64,000 nt of DNA from Candidatus Woesearchaeota archaeon (GCA_016187465.1 JACPJQ010000004.1:104861-168860), one strand, 5' to 3'; counted from the first letter of the stretch, positions 45,391 through 55,287 are shown. A program made the numbers and translations. The notes: generated from the letters alone by a model not told the origin.

Positions 45391-47790
45391 ATGGCAGAAA
45401 ATGAGGAGCCGAGCACAAAATTTGCGAAGCATATTGAAATAAAAATAACGCGCAAAAATAAAATCAAAAAAAGAGGTGAAGAAATAATGGCACTGTTCGG
45501 CGAGGTAAAAAAGCCCTTTACTTATGACGTTTTGAGGGAGGGCGAGGAGATAATACTCATGATTGACATGGAGCAATACCCGCATATACCCTCTCTTGAG
45601 GATGATCCTGTCTGCATGTCACGCACAATGGACATTCTTGCAGAAGCCGGAACTGTCACAAAAATCATCTATTCGCAAAAAAGGAACTATGAGTATGACT
45701 ACAGCCAGACCTCAATGATTCAGGAAATTGCATATCTCTATATGCAGCTGACAAAAAGAAGGGATGTATTCAGCTACGGCAACCTGCTTGCTGACCCGAA
45801 ATGCACAAAATGGGCAGCCCAGTGGTATGCAAACATACAGAATATCACAGCCGATTTGCTGAAAAGAGACCCAATAGGGGCATATGTCGAGTTAAAAAGG
45901 ACTGTCAGGGATGAAAGGATAAACATAGACAGGACTCTTGACCAAACTTATATACAATCCGCTCAAAAATACATTTCTATTCTGCAGTATTTAATGAGCT
46001 TGATGGAAAAAACCAGGCTCATTTCAGCAGCAAGGCAGTATCTGCCGGGATATAAGATGGGAGACCGAACCGTATACAGAAGAATATTCACTCCCGATAT
46101 AAGGCCCGACTTCATGTTCACGAAACTGATGGCGACTTTTCCGCCTGAAGGCGAGGAGATTGACAATTACCAAATCGATAAGAACACAGAAGTCACCATA
46201 TTTGAGCTGCCGGACAACGTGCAGTACCTTTACCATTTAATGCCGCCCGAATTCAAGCTAAGCGAGGAGAAATACGAGATTCTTGACACAGCAAGGAAGA
46301 TAATGGCAGAGCACAAGCCCACAAGGCAGGAGTTCATAGATCCTGAGAGGATGCGCCAGGTTTTCTACAACATAGGTTCTGACTTGATTGACGAGCTGAT
46401 TAACTACAGAAATCTAAGGTTTTCATCTGCAGAAGTGGACGAAATGACAAAAATTTTGGTCAGGTACACTGTAGGCTTTGGCCTCATAGAGGTGCTTTTG
46501 CAGGATGAAAAGGTTCAAGACATTACAATAAACTCACCGCTTGGCGAGATACCTATGTTCATAGTGCATCAGGACTATGCAGACTGCAAAACCAACATAA
46601 TCCCTACCGTGCCCGAATCAGAGTCATGGGCCTCCAAGCTCAGGCTTCTGTCAGGAAGGCCATTGGATGAAGCAAACCCCATTTTAGATACAGAACTCAG
46701 CATTCCAGGGGCGAATTCCAGAATTGCTGTTGTTGCTCCCCCTTTAAATCCAAGCGGCTTGGCATTCTCTTTCAGAAGGCATCGCGACAAGCCATGGACT
46801 CTGCCTTTGTTCATAAAAAACAAAATGATGAACCCATTAGCAGCTGGCATTCTGAGTTTCCTGATAGACGGCTCAAGATCAATGCTTATTGCAGGAACAA
46901 GAAGCGCCGGAAAAACCAGCCTGCTTGGAGCGGTGCTGGTGGAGCTAATGAGAAAGTATCGTGTAATCACAATAGAGGACACTTTGGAACTTCCCACAGG
47001 CTCATTGAGAAAGCTTGGCTACAACATTCAGTCAATGAAAGTAGCTGCTGCACTGACAAAAGGAACAAGCGAAGTTCCTGCAGACGAGGGCATAAGGACA
47101 ACATTAAGGATGGGAGATTCTGCCTTGATTATTGGGGAGATAAGGAGCAAGGAGGCATTGGCTTTGTACGAAGCAATGAGGGTTGGAGCATTGGCTAATG
47201 TAGTTGCAGGCACCATACACGGAGATTCACCTTACGGGGTGTTTGACAGGGTTGTAAATGACTTGCAGGTCCCAAGAACAAGCTTCAAGGCTACCGATGT
47301 TATAGTTGTAGCAAATCCTGTCAGAAGCGCTGATGGACTGCATCGCTGGAGAAGGATAACCCAAATAACAGAAGTAAGAAAGCACTGGGAGCAGGACCCA
47401 TTAGTCGAGAAAGGCTTCGTCGATCTTATGAGGTATGACTCAAAAAAAGACGTTTTAGAGCCAAGCGAGGAGCTGATTAATGGCGACTCTGAAATTCTTA
47501 AAGCGATTGCCGGCAATGTCAAAGAGTGGGCAGGCAACTGGGACGATGTCTGGGATAACATAACCTTAAGGGCAAAAATAAAAGAAACATTGGTCGATTT
47601 TGCTGCAAAGCAAAATATGCCAGGGCTCCTTGAAGCAGACTTTGTGATACAAAGCAACGACCAGTTTCACAAGATATCTGAAAGAATAAGGGACGAGATA
47701 GGAACTCTTGACTCAAAGAGGATACTCTTCGACTGGAGCGAGTGGCTGAAAAGGCACGTCAAGAAAATGGATTTTCACAGCAAACTATAA
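45391..47790 (+). CDS. FlaI/ArlI-PilB-like type IV pilus/archaellum assembly ATPase with long N-terminal extension
   Basis: Walker A AGTRSAGKTS, Asp/His boxes, TadA/VirB11-like body. Confidence 0.85.
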   Translation: MAENEEPSTKFAKHIEIKITRKNKIKKRGEEIMALFGEVKKPFTYDVLREGEEIILMIDMEQYPHIPSLEDDPVCMSRTMDILAEAGTVTKIIYSQKRNYEYDYSQTSMIQEIAYLYMQLTKRRDVFSYGNLLADPKCTKWAAQWYANIQNITADLLKRDPIGAYVELKRTVRDERINIDRTLDQTYIQSAQKYISILQYLMSLMEKTRLISAARQYLPGYKMGDRTVYRRIFTPDIRPDFMFTKLMATFPPEGEEIDNYQIDKNTEVTIFELPDNVQYLYHLMPPEFKLSEEKYEILDTARKIMAEHKPTRQEFIDPERMRQVFYNIGSDLIDELINYRNLRFSSAEVDEMTKILVRYTVGFGLIEVLLQDEKVQDITINSPLGEIPMFIVHQDYADCKTNIIPTVPESESWASKLRLLSGRPLDEANPILDTELSIPGANSRIAVVAPPLNPSGLAFSFRRHRDKPWTLPLFIKNKMMNPLAAGILSFLIDGSRSMLIAGTRSAGKTSLLGAVLVELMRKYRVITIEDTLELPTGSLRKLGYNIQSMKVAAALTKGTSEVPADEGIRTTLRMGDSALIIGEIRSKEALALYEAMRVGALANVVAGTIHGDSPYGVFDRVVNDLQVPRTSFKATDVIVVANPVRSADGLHRWRRITQITEVRKHWEQDPLVEKGFVDLMRYDSKKDVLEPSEELINGDSEILKAIAGNVKEWAGNWDDVWDNITLRAKIKETLVDFAAKQNMPGLLEADFVIQSNDQFHKISERIRDEIGTLDSKRILFDWSEWLKRHVKKMDFHSKL

Positions 47791-47994
47791 TCCATTTTTT
47801 TGATCTGTCTAGATACGTTGATTTAACTTAGTGGTAAAAAGTTTATTGCGTTATATGGGAACTTGGAAAACTAACAAAACATACGAAATTCAAAATAATA
47901 AAGGCAAATACATAGCCAACATTAAAAATTCAAAATATTAAAAATCAATCAACAAAAACATCAAAAAAAAGAGGTGAAAGAATTATTCTAAAAC

Positions 47995-50181
47995 ATGCCG
48001 CCTGAATTAGACAAGCAAAAACTGTTGTCTTTGATGGAGATTTACAAGAGGCATTTAGAGAGAGAGCTGGGCGCCAAGCTTGAGCCGCAGTCTTCTGCTC
48101 CGACAACAAAGGAATACCAGGAATTCAAGGCAGAATTCCTTCCGCGGCACATGACTTTATACGAGAAATTGTGCAACCTTAGCGAAAAAATTCTCAAAAT
48201 AAAGCCCGATCAGAAAAAGGCAGAGGCTTTGCAGGAAGCAATTGACATAACCCACCTCAACATTACACCTGCAGGAGCAGTTTCATTTTCATTCTTGATT
48301 CCATTACTTGCGGCAGTATTCGGCTCATTGTTCGCTTTTCTGGTTTTCAATTCCATGTTTTTTGTTTTATTGTTTATTGTGGGCACTCTTTGCATGATAA
48401 GACCCCTCGGAAAGGCGCCTGAATTCATTGCAAACAACTGGCGCCTCAAGGCAAGCAACCAGATGGTGCTGTGCATCTTCTATACTGTCACTTATATGAG
48501 GCACACATCTAACATTGAGAATGCGCTTGAATTTGCGTCGCAGCACCTCTCCCCGCCATTATCATTAGACCTTAAAAAAGTGCTTTGGGATGTAGAAACT
48601 GAAAAATATTCTTCTGTGAAAGAGTCCCTTGACATGTATCTTGAGACATGGAAAAAATGGAATATCGAGTTTATTGAATCGTTTCACTTGATTGAAAGCT
48701 CTTTGTATGAGGGAGAAGAATCAAGAAGATTAAACGCGCTTGACAAGTCTCTTGATGTTATACTTGATGAGACATACGAAAAAATGCTGCATTACGCCCA
48801 CAACCTCCAAAACCCGATTACAATGCTCCACATGCTTGGAATCATTTTGCCAATCTTGGGGCTTGTGATACTGCCATTGGTTGTAAGCTTTATGGAAAAT
48901 GTGCGGTGGTATCATCTGGCTGTCATATATAATGTAATACTCACTGTTGTCGTTTATTACCTTGGAAAAAATATTCTTTCAAGAAGGCCGACAGGCTACG
49001 GTGACACAGATATTTCTGAGGAAAATCCTGAGCTCAAGAAATACCGCAATATACTGATAAGAATAGGAAAAAATGAATTTCAGATGACTCCCGCCATCAT
49101 AAGCGTGTTTATTGGAGTAATCTTTTTCCTGATAGGGCTGAGCCCTTTGATATTTCACGCACTTGGGATTCCTGATTTTGGATTTGGAGGAGAGGATGTG
49201 TCATCAAGCTGCGGCCAGAGATATTGCTTCCTTGAGTACAGGCTAAGCTCAACAACTAACCAGGAAATTGGACCTTATGGATTAGGGGCGGCAGTCGCAA
49301 GCCTGTTCATACCATTGAGCTTTGGAGTGGCAATAGGCTTGTATTACGGCCTAAAATCCAAGAATATTATCAAGATAAGGGAAAAGGCAAAGCAGCTTGA
49401 GTTGGAGTTTGCAAGCGCCTTATTCCAGCTTGGAAATCGCTTGGGCGACAACATACCAATAGAGATTGCTGTAGGCAAGGTGGCAAGCGTCATGGAAGGC
49501 ACTGTTTCAGGAAGCTTCTTCCAGCTGGTAAGCATGAACATAAGAAGACTAGGGATGAACATCGATAAAGCAATATTTGACCCTCAGCACGGCGCTCTTG
49601 TGTCATTTCCCAGCAACCTGATTGAAAGCTCGATGAAGGTCCTTACGCAGGCAATCAAAAAAGGGCCTTTGATTGCTGCGCAGGCATTGACGAACGTCTC
49701 AAGGTATATAAAAGAGATACATAAGGTTAATGAAAGGCTGAAGGACTTAATGGCTGATGTTATCTCGTCCATGCGATCCCAAATCAAGTTTTTAACTCCT
49801 GCCATTGCCGGAGTTGTTATTGGCATTACTTCCATGATAACTTCCATTCTTGGAAAATTAAGCGCCCAATTGCAGCAAGTCACCTCTTCTGTTGCAGGCT
49901 CGGATGCGGCAGCACCGACCGGAATCCTGGGATTGTTTGGGGATGGCATACCCACATATTATTTCCAGCTTATTGTTGGCATCTATGTTGTGCAGATCAC
50001 CTTTATCCTGACAGTGATTGCAAACGGGGTTGAAAACGGCTCTGACAAATTAAGCGAAAGGTATCTGCTGGGCACAAACTTGATAAGGAGCACGATAATT
50101 TATGTTTTCATATCAGGAGCGGTTATGCTGATGTTCAACATAATCGCGGGAAGAATTCTAACTGCTACACTAAGCGCTTGA
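47995..50181 (+). CDS. FlaJ/TadC-like polytopic membrane platform protein
   Basis: 728 aa, multiple TM bundles separated by cytoplasmic domains, adjacent to the FlaI-like ATPase. Confidence 0.65.
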   Translation: MPPELDKQKLLSLMEIYKRHLERELGAKLEPQSSAPTTKEYQEFKAEFLPRHMTLYEKLCNLSEKILKIKPDQKKAEALQEAIDITHLNITPAGAVSFSFLIPLLAAVFGSLFAFLVFNSMFFVLLFIVGTLCMIRPLGKAPEFIANNWRLKASNQMVLCIFYTVTYMRHTSNIENALEFASQHLSPPLSLDLKKVLWDVETEKYSSVKESLDMYLETWKKWNIEFIESFHLIESSLYEGEESRRLNALDKSLDVILDETYEKMLHYAHNLQNPITMLHMLGIILPILGLVILPLVVSFMENVRWYHLAVIYNVILTVVVYYLGKNILSRRPTGYGDTDISEENPELKKYRNILIRIGKNEFQMTPAIISVFIGVIFFLIGLSPLIFHALGIPDFGFGGEDVSSSCGQRYCFLEYRLSSTTNQEIGPYGLGAAVASLFIPLSFGVAIGLYYGLKSKNIIKIREKAKQLELEFASALFQLGNRLGDNIPIEIAVGKVASVMEGTVSGSFFQLVSMNIRRLGMNIDKAIFDPQHGALVSFPSNLIESSMKVLTQAIKKGPLIAAQALTNVSRYIKEIHKVNERLKDLMADVISSMRSQIKFLTPAIAGVVIGITSMITSILGKLSAQLQQVTSSVAGSDAAAPTGILGLFGDGIPTYYFQLIVGIYVVQITFILTVIANGVENGSDKLSERYLLGTNLIRSTIIYVFISGAVMLMFNIIAGRILTATLSA

Positions 50182-50435
50182 AAAAATGGGGCGTGAGGAA
50201 CTTCCATAACGCTTTAAACGTTGTTTTGAATCCTCGACACCACGGTCTTCAGCCGTCTAAGCCAACTTATGTTGTGTGCTCTCCATAGCCGAAGACTAGC
50301 TTTCCTTCTCAGGCTGAGCTAACGTAATGGTCTAATAAGCATTGCTTACTAAATCCCCATGATGCCCAACCAAAAATTAAGAACAAGATAATAATTTAAA
50401 AGGCTTTCGATTTAACTTAAGGTTTTCATGTTCTA

Positions 50436-51167
50436 TTAGATGAATGTTCCAAAAATAATCTTATGGCCTACAGACATGATTCCAATATCAATCAGAAGAT
50501 GGCTTACCCAAACACTGATAAGGCTGCCATCTTTCCGGAATAATCTGCACCATACTATGCCGCCTAAAAACACTATCGCCCCGAAAATAGAGCCCAGCCA
50601 CGCCCCAAAAAAATAAATTGAAATAATGAAGTGATGCAAAGAAAAAGCAGCGGATGAGGATAATTGGGCTTGGACAAGTCCCATTATTTTGGCAAGATTT
50701 CCGAATACAAACCACCTCCAGTAAAATTCCTCCATGAAGGAATGTATCATGGACAGGAATATTGCGAATACCCAGTAATACCCCGCAAATCCAAAAATTT
50801 CAGTCTTGTGCGTGATTTTATTGCTGTACTGGAGAACTATCTCTCCGAATGCCGTCTGCATTAAGCCCGTGATTAATGCCGCTATGGTTAGGCCATAAGC
50901 AATACCGGCGAAAAAAGACTTTTTTTTAATGCTGAGAAGTTTTGATAAAGGAATCCCTGATTTAATTATGCAATATGCTGCAAAAATAGGCCAGACTATA
51001 ATGAATAATTTTGTAAGTGCGTAAAGAACTTGAATTGATTTTGTCTCATTGAATATTAGAAAATAAAAAAAAGAGCTTGCAAAAGGGACTGCCATAGCAG
51101 GGATCACTGCTAGCAGGATTTTGTTTTTTGGGTATGCAGCCATGAATAATACAATCTTGAAAATCAC
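50436..51167 (-). CDS. CPBP (CAAX/Abi) family intramembrane metalloprotease
   Basis: EEFYWRWFVF, FSLHH, HLLID motifs. Confidence 0.8.
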   Translation of the reverse strand: MIFKIVLFMAAYPKNKILLAVIPAMAVPFASSFFYFLIFNETKSIQVLYALTKLFIIVWPIFAAYCIIKSGIPLSKLLSIKKKSFFAGIAYGLTIAALITGLMQTAFGEIVLQYSNKITHKTEIFGFAGYYWVFAIFLSMIHSFMEEFYWRWFVFGNLAKIMGLVQAQLSSSAAFSLHHFIISIYFFGAWLGSIFGAIVFLGGIVWCRLFRKDGSLISVWVSHLLIDIGIMSVGHKIIFGTFI

Positions 51168-51580
51168 TAAATCTCTTCGTCGTCTGAATCTTCTATGTCT
51201 TCTTCCTCAACGCTGACGTCTTCATCAGGCTCTTCCATCGGGACATTTGTCTTTATTTCAGAATCAGAGTCTTTACCCATGCCGCCCTCGGCTTTTCCTA
51301 TAATCTCCAGCTTGCCCATTCTTCCTGTGGTCAGTTGCATTTCGCCCTGCCACTCGTTTACATACCCATTTGTTAAGTGAACCTTGTCGCCGGCTTTGAC
51401 TTTTTCAATGTCCTCATTCCATAGAGTAAGCTTTATATCTCCTGTTTCGTCCTTTGCGATTGCAGTCGAAACCCTTCCTGGCTTGCCGAATTTGTTGAAC
51501 TCTCTGACATCACCTATATCAACAACATCCACAGTTATATCAACATTCCCCTGCTTTGGTTTTAGGTCCTTTATTTGCAT
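51167..51580 (-). CDS. OB-fold single-stranded DNA-binding protein (RPA-like) with acidic C-terminal tail
   Basis: KPGRVSTAIAKDETGDIKLTLWNE OB motif; DEE-rich tail. Confidence 0.6.
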   Translation of the reverse strand: MQIKDLKPKQGNVDITVDVVDIGDVREFNKFGKPGRVSTAIAKDETGDIKLTLWNEDIEKVKAGDKVHLTNGYVNEWQGEMQLTTGRMGKLEIIGKAEGGMGKDSDSEIKTNVPMEEPDEDVSVEEEDIEDSDDEEI

Positions 51581-51645
51581 TTTATAACCGATTTATTTAA
51601 GCAATATTTAAATTTATGCTTTAAATTATTCAAGAAGAAACGTTA

Positions 51646-52086
51646 TCAAAACTCTAATTTATTGACCCAATCAGGCACTTTTTCATTTTCAACTTTGTCA
51701 TATTGAGGCCAATACGGTTTTATATCAATTACAGGTGTACCACCAACAACATCCAGGCCTTTTACTTTTATTTTGTTTCCGTTGTGTTCTAATAATTTTA
51801 CTGTGGTTATTGCAATCGGATTTGGCCTTGCGGGGCATCTGCACGCAAAGATTCCAACTATTGGCACATTTGGATTGCCTTGCGGTTGGTGTTTTATTAC
51901 ATAGTCCTTTACCTTATCCATCCAATACACTATAATCACATGGGAGTAATCATCGATGCCGTCTAATGCCTCTGTAAACTTCTTATCAATTATAATTTCA
52001 GAAACTTCATTTGCAAAATTGCCAAATCTTGGCTCTTTGACATTATTTTTTACAAAGCCTATTGGTTTTAAAGTGATTTCATTCAT
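51646..52086 (-). CDS. TsaA/TrmO (YaeB)-family tRNA methyltransferase-like protein
   Basis: ARPNPIAIT...GTPVIDIKPYWPQYD. Confidence 0.75.
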   Translation of the reverse strand: MNEITLKPIGFVKNNVKEPRFGNFANEVSEIIIDKKFTEALDGIDDYSHVIIVYWMDKVKDYVIKHQPQGNPNVPIVGIFACRCPARPNPIAITTVKLLEHNGNKIKVKGLDVVGGTPVIDIKPYWPQYDKVENEKVPDWVNKLEF

Positions 52087-52778
52087 AGTTTCGAATTTTA
52101 TTTTTTTAATATATAAACTTTTGTGTGAAAAATAAAAAGGAAATAGAAAATTAAAATTAATCCGTAAAATTAGGAAATTATTGCTGCTCCATTTGCTGCT
52201 CTTTTTTCTTCTTTGCCATAAACATCACCTCCTGCAAGTTCAATTAATCGCCGGCTTCTCCAGCCACTTTTTCAGATTTATATGCCTTGCGAAAAAGCTA
52301 GTAACCTGTATTTTTTGGTAATATTGAAAGAAAATTATTTGTGAGTGAAAATGCGGATTTCGTTTACAATATGGAAAATAATCACCGCAATCTTTAAATA
52401 ACCTGCAATTATCCTTGTAATCCGCTGCGCATGCTCGCAATAATTGGCATTAGCCAAATGCAGAGAGTGTGCGTGGAATTATTGAGTTAATTCTGCGCAA
52501 AATATGTTAAATTAGATTTCATAAGAATAAAAATTTACAATAAAAATTCAATATTCAAATATGTCGCTTCCCGGCATCGGCCAAGGTGGAATTGGAGCCC
52601 CGCTTAGGAAAATTTGCCTTGCTATCTGGATAAATATGCGAGGCGGATCGACTGGTTTAGGGGTAACATGCCCAAAAACGGAAATTGTCGTTGCCGCCGA
52701 GCACTAATGTTTGCCGAAGGCGGATTGAAAAATAAATAAAAAATTTAACTAAAAACTTAAACAAGAATGAGGTGCTAA

Positions 52779-54313
52779 ATGGAACAAATCAGTGGAAGAC
52801 CAAAAGACATCAAGCAAATTAGTGATGTAGTTTGGGAGATACCCCCATCCTACAAGAAAGGGATGTTAGTTCCTGCAAGAATATATGCGACTAAAAAGCT
52901 TCTTGCAGAGATGGATGATGGTGTCTTTAATCAGGTAACGAATGTTGCGTGCCTGCCTGGAATCCAGAAATACAGTTTCTGTATGCCCGATGGTCATTTT
53001 GCTCTGTAGTTAATTCTACTGCAAGACAAGTGGGGCTATGGATTTCCAATTGGAGGTGTAGCTGCTTTTGATGCAGAAAATGGGGTTATAAGCCCAGGCG
53101 GTATCGGATTTGACATTTTCGTTGAAGAATAAACTTCGCGAAGTCACGTAATTGCGGTATGCGCCTGGTTACAACTAATCTTACCTATAAAGAAGTCCAG
53201 CCAAAACTAAAAGAATTAGTTGACACAATGTTCAAGACTGTCCCGTCCGGAGTCGGGGCAAAGGGCTTTGTCCAGGCAAGCAAGCAGCAATTCAAGGAAA
53301 TAATTTCTGATGGCTCAAAATGGTGCGTTGAAAACGGATATGGGTGGCAGGAAGATGTTGAAAGGACGGAAGGCTATGGAAGAATAGACTGGGCAGAGCC
53401 TGAAAAAGTGAGCACAAAAGCAGTCGACAGGGGCATGAACCAATTGGGAACTCTTGGCTCGGGCAACCATTATCTTGAGATCCAGATTGTAAGGGCGGAA
53501 AATATTTTTGATCAGGAAATAGCAAAAAGGTTTGGCATTGCAGAGCCGGAGCAGATTGTTGTTATGGTACACTGCGGCAGCAGAGGCTTTGGGCACCAGA
53601 TAGGAACTGACTATTTGAGAATTTTCGAGGGCGCAATGAAGAAATATGGCATTGAAGTTTATGACAGAGAATTGGCTTGCGCGCCATTCCAAAGCAGTGA
53701 GGGCCAGGATTATTACAAGGCAATGGCATGCGCAGCCAACATGGCATTTGCAAACCGCCAGGTGATTTTGCATAGGATAAGGGAAGGATTTTCAAAAGTT
53801 TTCCATACAGATGCCGAAAAACTGGAGATGCACATGGTTTATGACGTTGCCCACAACATAGCAAAGCTTGAGGAGCACAATGTCGACGGTCACAGGAAGA
53901 AAGTGATAGTACATAGAAAAGGCAGCACAAGAGCCTTTCCGCCGCACCACCCTGAGCTTGCAAAGCTTTACAAGGAGACAGGACAGCCCGTCATCATAGG
54001 CGGCTCAATGGAAACAGGCTCATTTTTGCTAGTTGGAACCCAAAAGGCAATGGACGAGACATTTGGCTCAACAGCTCACGGCTCCGGCAGAACAATGTCA
54101 AGGGCTGCTGCAAAACATCAAGTGCGAGGCGAGCAATTGCAAAGAGATATGGAAAAGAAGGGGATTTATGTGAAGGCAACCTCGATGCCGGGATTAGCCG
54201 AAGAAGCGGGTTTTGCGTACAAGAATATAAATGACGTCATTGACGCTGTTTCGCAGGCCGGTATATCAAAACCAGTAGTGAAATTAATCCCCTGCGGCAA
54301 CGTCAAGGGTTAG
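52779..54313 (+). CDS. rtcB: RNA-splicing ligase RtcB, interrupted by two short BHB-type insertions (exons 52779..52997, 53031..53116, 53149..54313)
   Basis: MPDGH / [14 protein letters not shown]...[10 protein letters not shown] / [12 protein letters not shown] and downstream His ligand motifs; joined exons give 489 uninterrupted codons. Confidence 0.85.
52998..53030 (+). other. putative 33-nt BHB intron 1 in rtcB (contains in-frame TAG)
   Basis: bulges at|t and ag|t flank central helix ggtc/gaca; inner helix ttgc/gcaa; hairpin gtag-ttaatt-ctac. Confidence 0.55.
53117..53148 (+). other. putative 32-nt BHB intron 2 in rtcB (contains TAA; removal restores frame and the DINCG metal-ligand motif)
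   Basis: outer helix 53107-53110/53150-53153, bulge at|t, central tgac/gtca (4 WC), bulge cg|t, inner helix 5 bp, hairpin gaag-aataaa-cttc. Confidence 0.65.
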
Positions 54314-54320
54314 TTATAAA

Positions 54321-54539
54321 ATGAAGATAACCGTCAAAATAAAACCAAATTCCAAGAAAGAGGAAATCAAGAAAATTGATGGCACGAATTTTTTCATTGC
54401 AGTAAAAGAACCGCCTATCGATGGAAAAGCAAATAAGGCGCTTGTAAAAGCTTTGGCAAAACATTTTAATATCCCGTCTTCAGCTGTGCGTATTGCCTCA
54501 GGCCATACATCCAAACAAAAGATTATAGAAATACCGTGA
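54321..54539 (+). CDS. DUF167 (YggU/UPF0235) family protein
   Basis: KPNSKKEEI...VKEPPIDGKANKALVKALAKHFNIPSSAVRIASGHTSKQKII. Confidence 0.75.
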   Translation: MKITVKIKPNSKKEEIKKIDGTNFFIAVKEPPIDGKANKALVKALAKHFNIPSSAVRIASGHTSKQKIIEIP

Positions 54540-54546
54540 ATTTAAA

Positions 54547-55287
54547 ATGCCAATAATCCTGCTTCAAATCCTCATTGCAGTTTTCATAGTGAGTTTAATC
54601 TCAATTCTCGGAATTTTCATATTCCTGAAAGAAAAGACACTGAATAAGATTCTGTTTTTTTTGGTTAGTTTTGCTGCAGGGTCACTGCTTGGGGCTGCAT
54701 TTCTTGATTTGCTCCCTGAGGCGCTTGAAGGGGGATTTAGGGAGAGCGTGCCTGTTTTTATCTTGCTGGGCATACTGTCATTTTTCATTCTGGAAAAATT
54801 CCTTTACTGGCACCACCACCATACAGGGGAGGAAGCGCATGCTTTTACGTACCTAAATGTGATTGGGGACGGGATCCACAATTTTTTGGACGGTGCTGTT
54901 ATTGCTGTAAGCTTCATGAACAATACTGCGCTGGGGATTGTAGCAACAATTGCAATAATTGCCCACGAGATTCCCCAGGAAATAGCGGATTTCTCAGTCT
55001 TGATTTACGGCGGATTTTCAAAAATGAAAGCGCTTGTCTATAATTTCCTGACAGCCCTTACTGCAGTAATCGGCGCTCTGGCTGCCTACTTTTACTCAAG
55101 TGCAATAGAAAACTCGACAATTTTCCTTACTTCCTTTGCTGTCGGCGGCTTTGTCTACATAGCAAGCACAGACTTAATACCTGAAATACACAAGGAAAAG
55201 GATGTTAGGAAATCGCTTGTCCAGTTCGGCCTGCTTGCGCTCGGCATATTTGTCATATGGGTTGTTGGAGAGGTGTTTCATCAATAA
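54547..55287 (+). CDS. zupT: ZIP-family zinc transporter (ZupT-like)
   Basis: HNFLDGAVIAVSF and IIAHEIPQEIADF motifs. Confidence 0.85.
   Translation: MPIILLQILIAVFIVSLISILGIFIFLKEKTLNKILFFLVSFAAGSLLGAAFLDLLPEALEGGFRESVPVFILLGILSFFILEKFLYWHHHHTGEEAHAFTYLNVIGDGIHNFLDGAVIAVSFMNNTALGIVATIAIIAHEIPQEIADFSVLIYGGFSKMKALVYNFLTALTAVIGALAAYFYSSAIENSTIFLTSFAVGGFVYIASTDLIPEIHKEKDVRKSLVQFGLLALGIFVIWVVGEVFHQ

Noticed and set aside
50185-50400. Possible SRP RNA or RNase P RNA
   Set aside because: Lacks SRP helix-8 GGAAGG/AGCAGCC motifs and RNase P GGAAAGUCC core; too short for RNase P.
52561-52707. 49-codon ORF inside the G+C-rich island upstream of rtcB
   Set aside because: Not the RtcB N-terminus (that is fully present from 52779); composition looks like structured RNA rather than protein.
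52998-53148. rtcB insertions as random pseudogenising indels or mini-inteins
   Set aside because: Two independent insertions of almost identical size whose removal restores every conserved motif and which both fold into BHB motifs with bulges on the junctions are better explained as introns; too short (32-33 nt) to be inteins.
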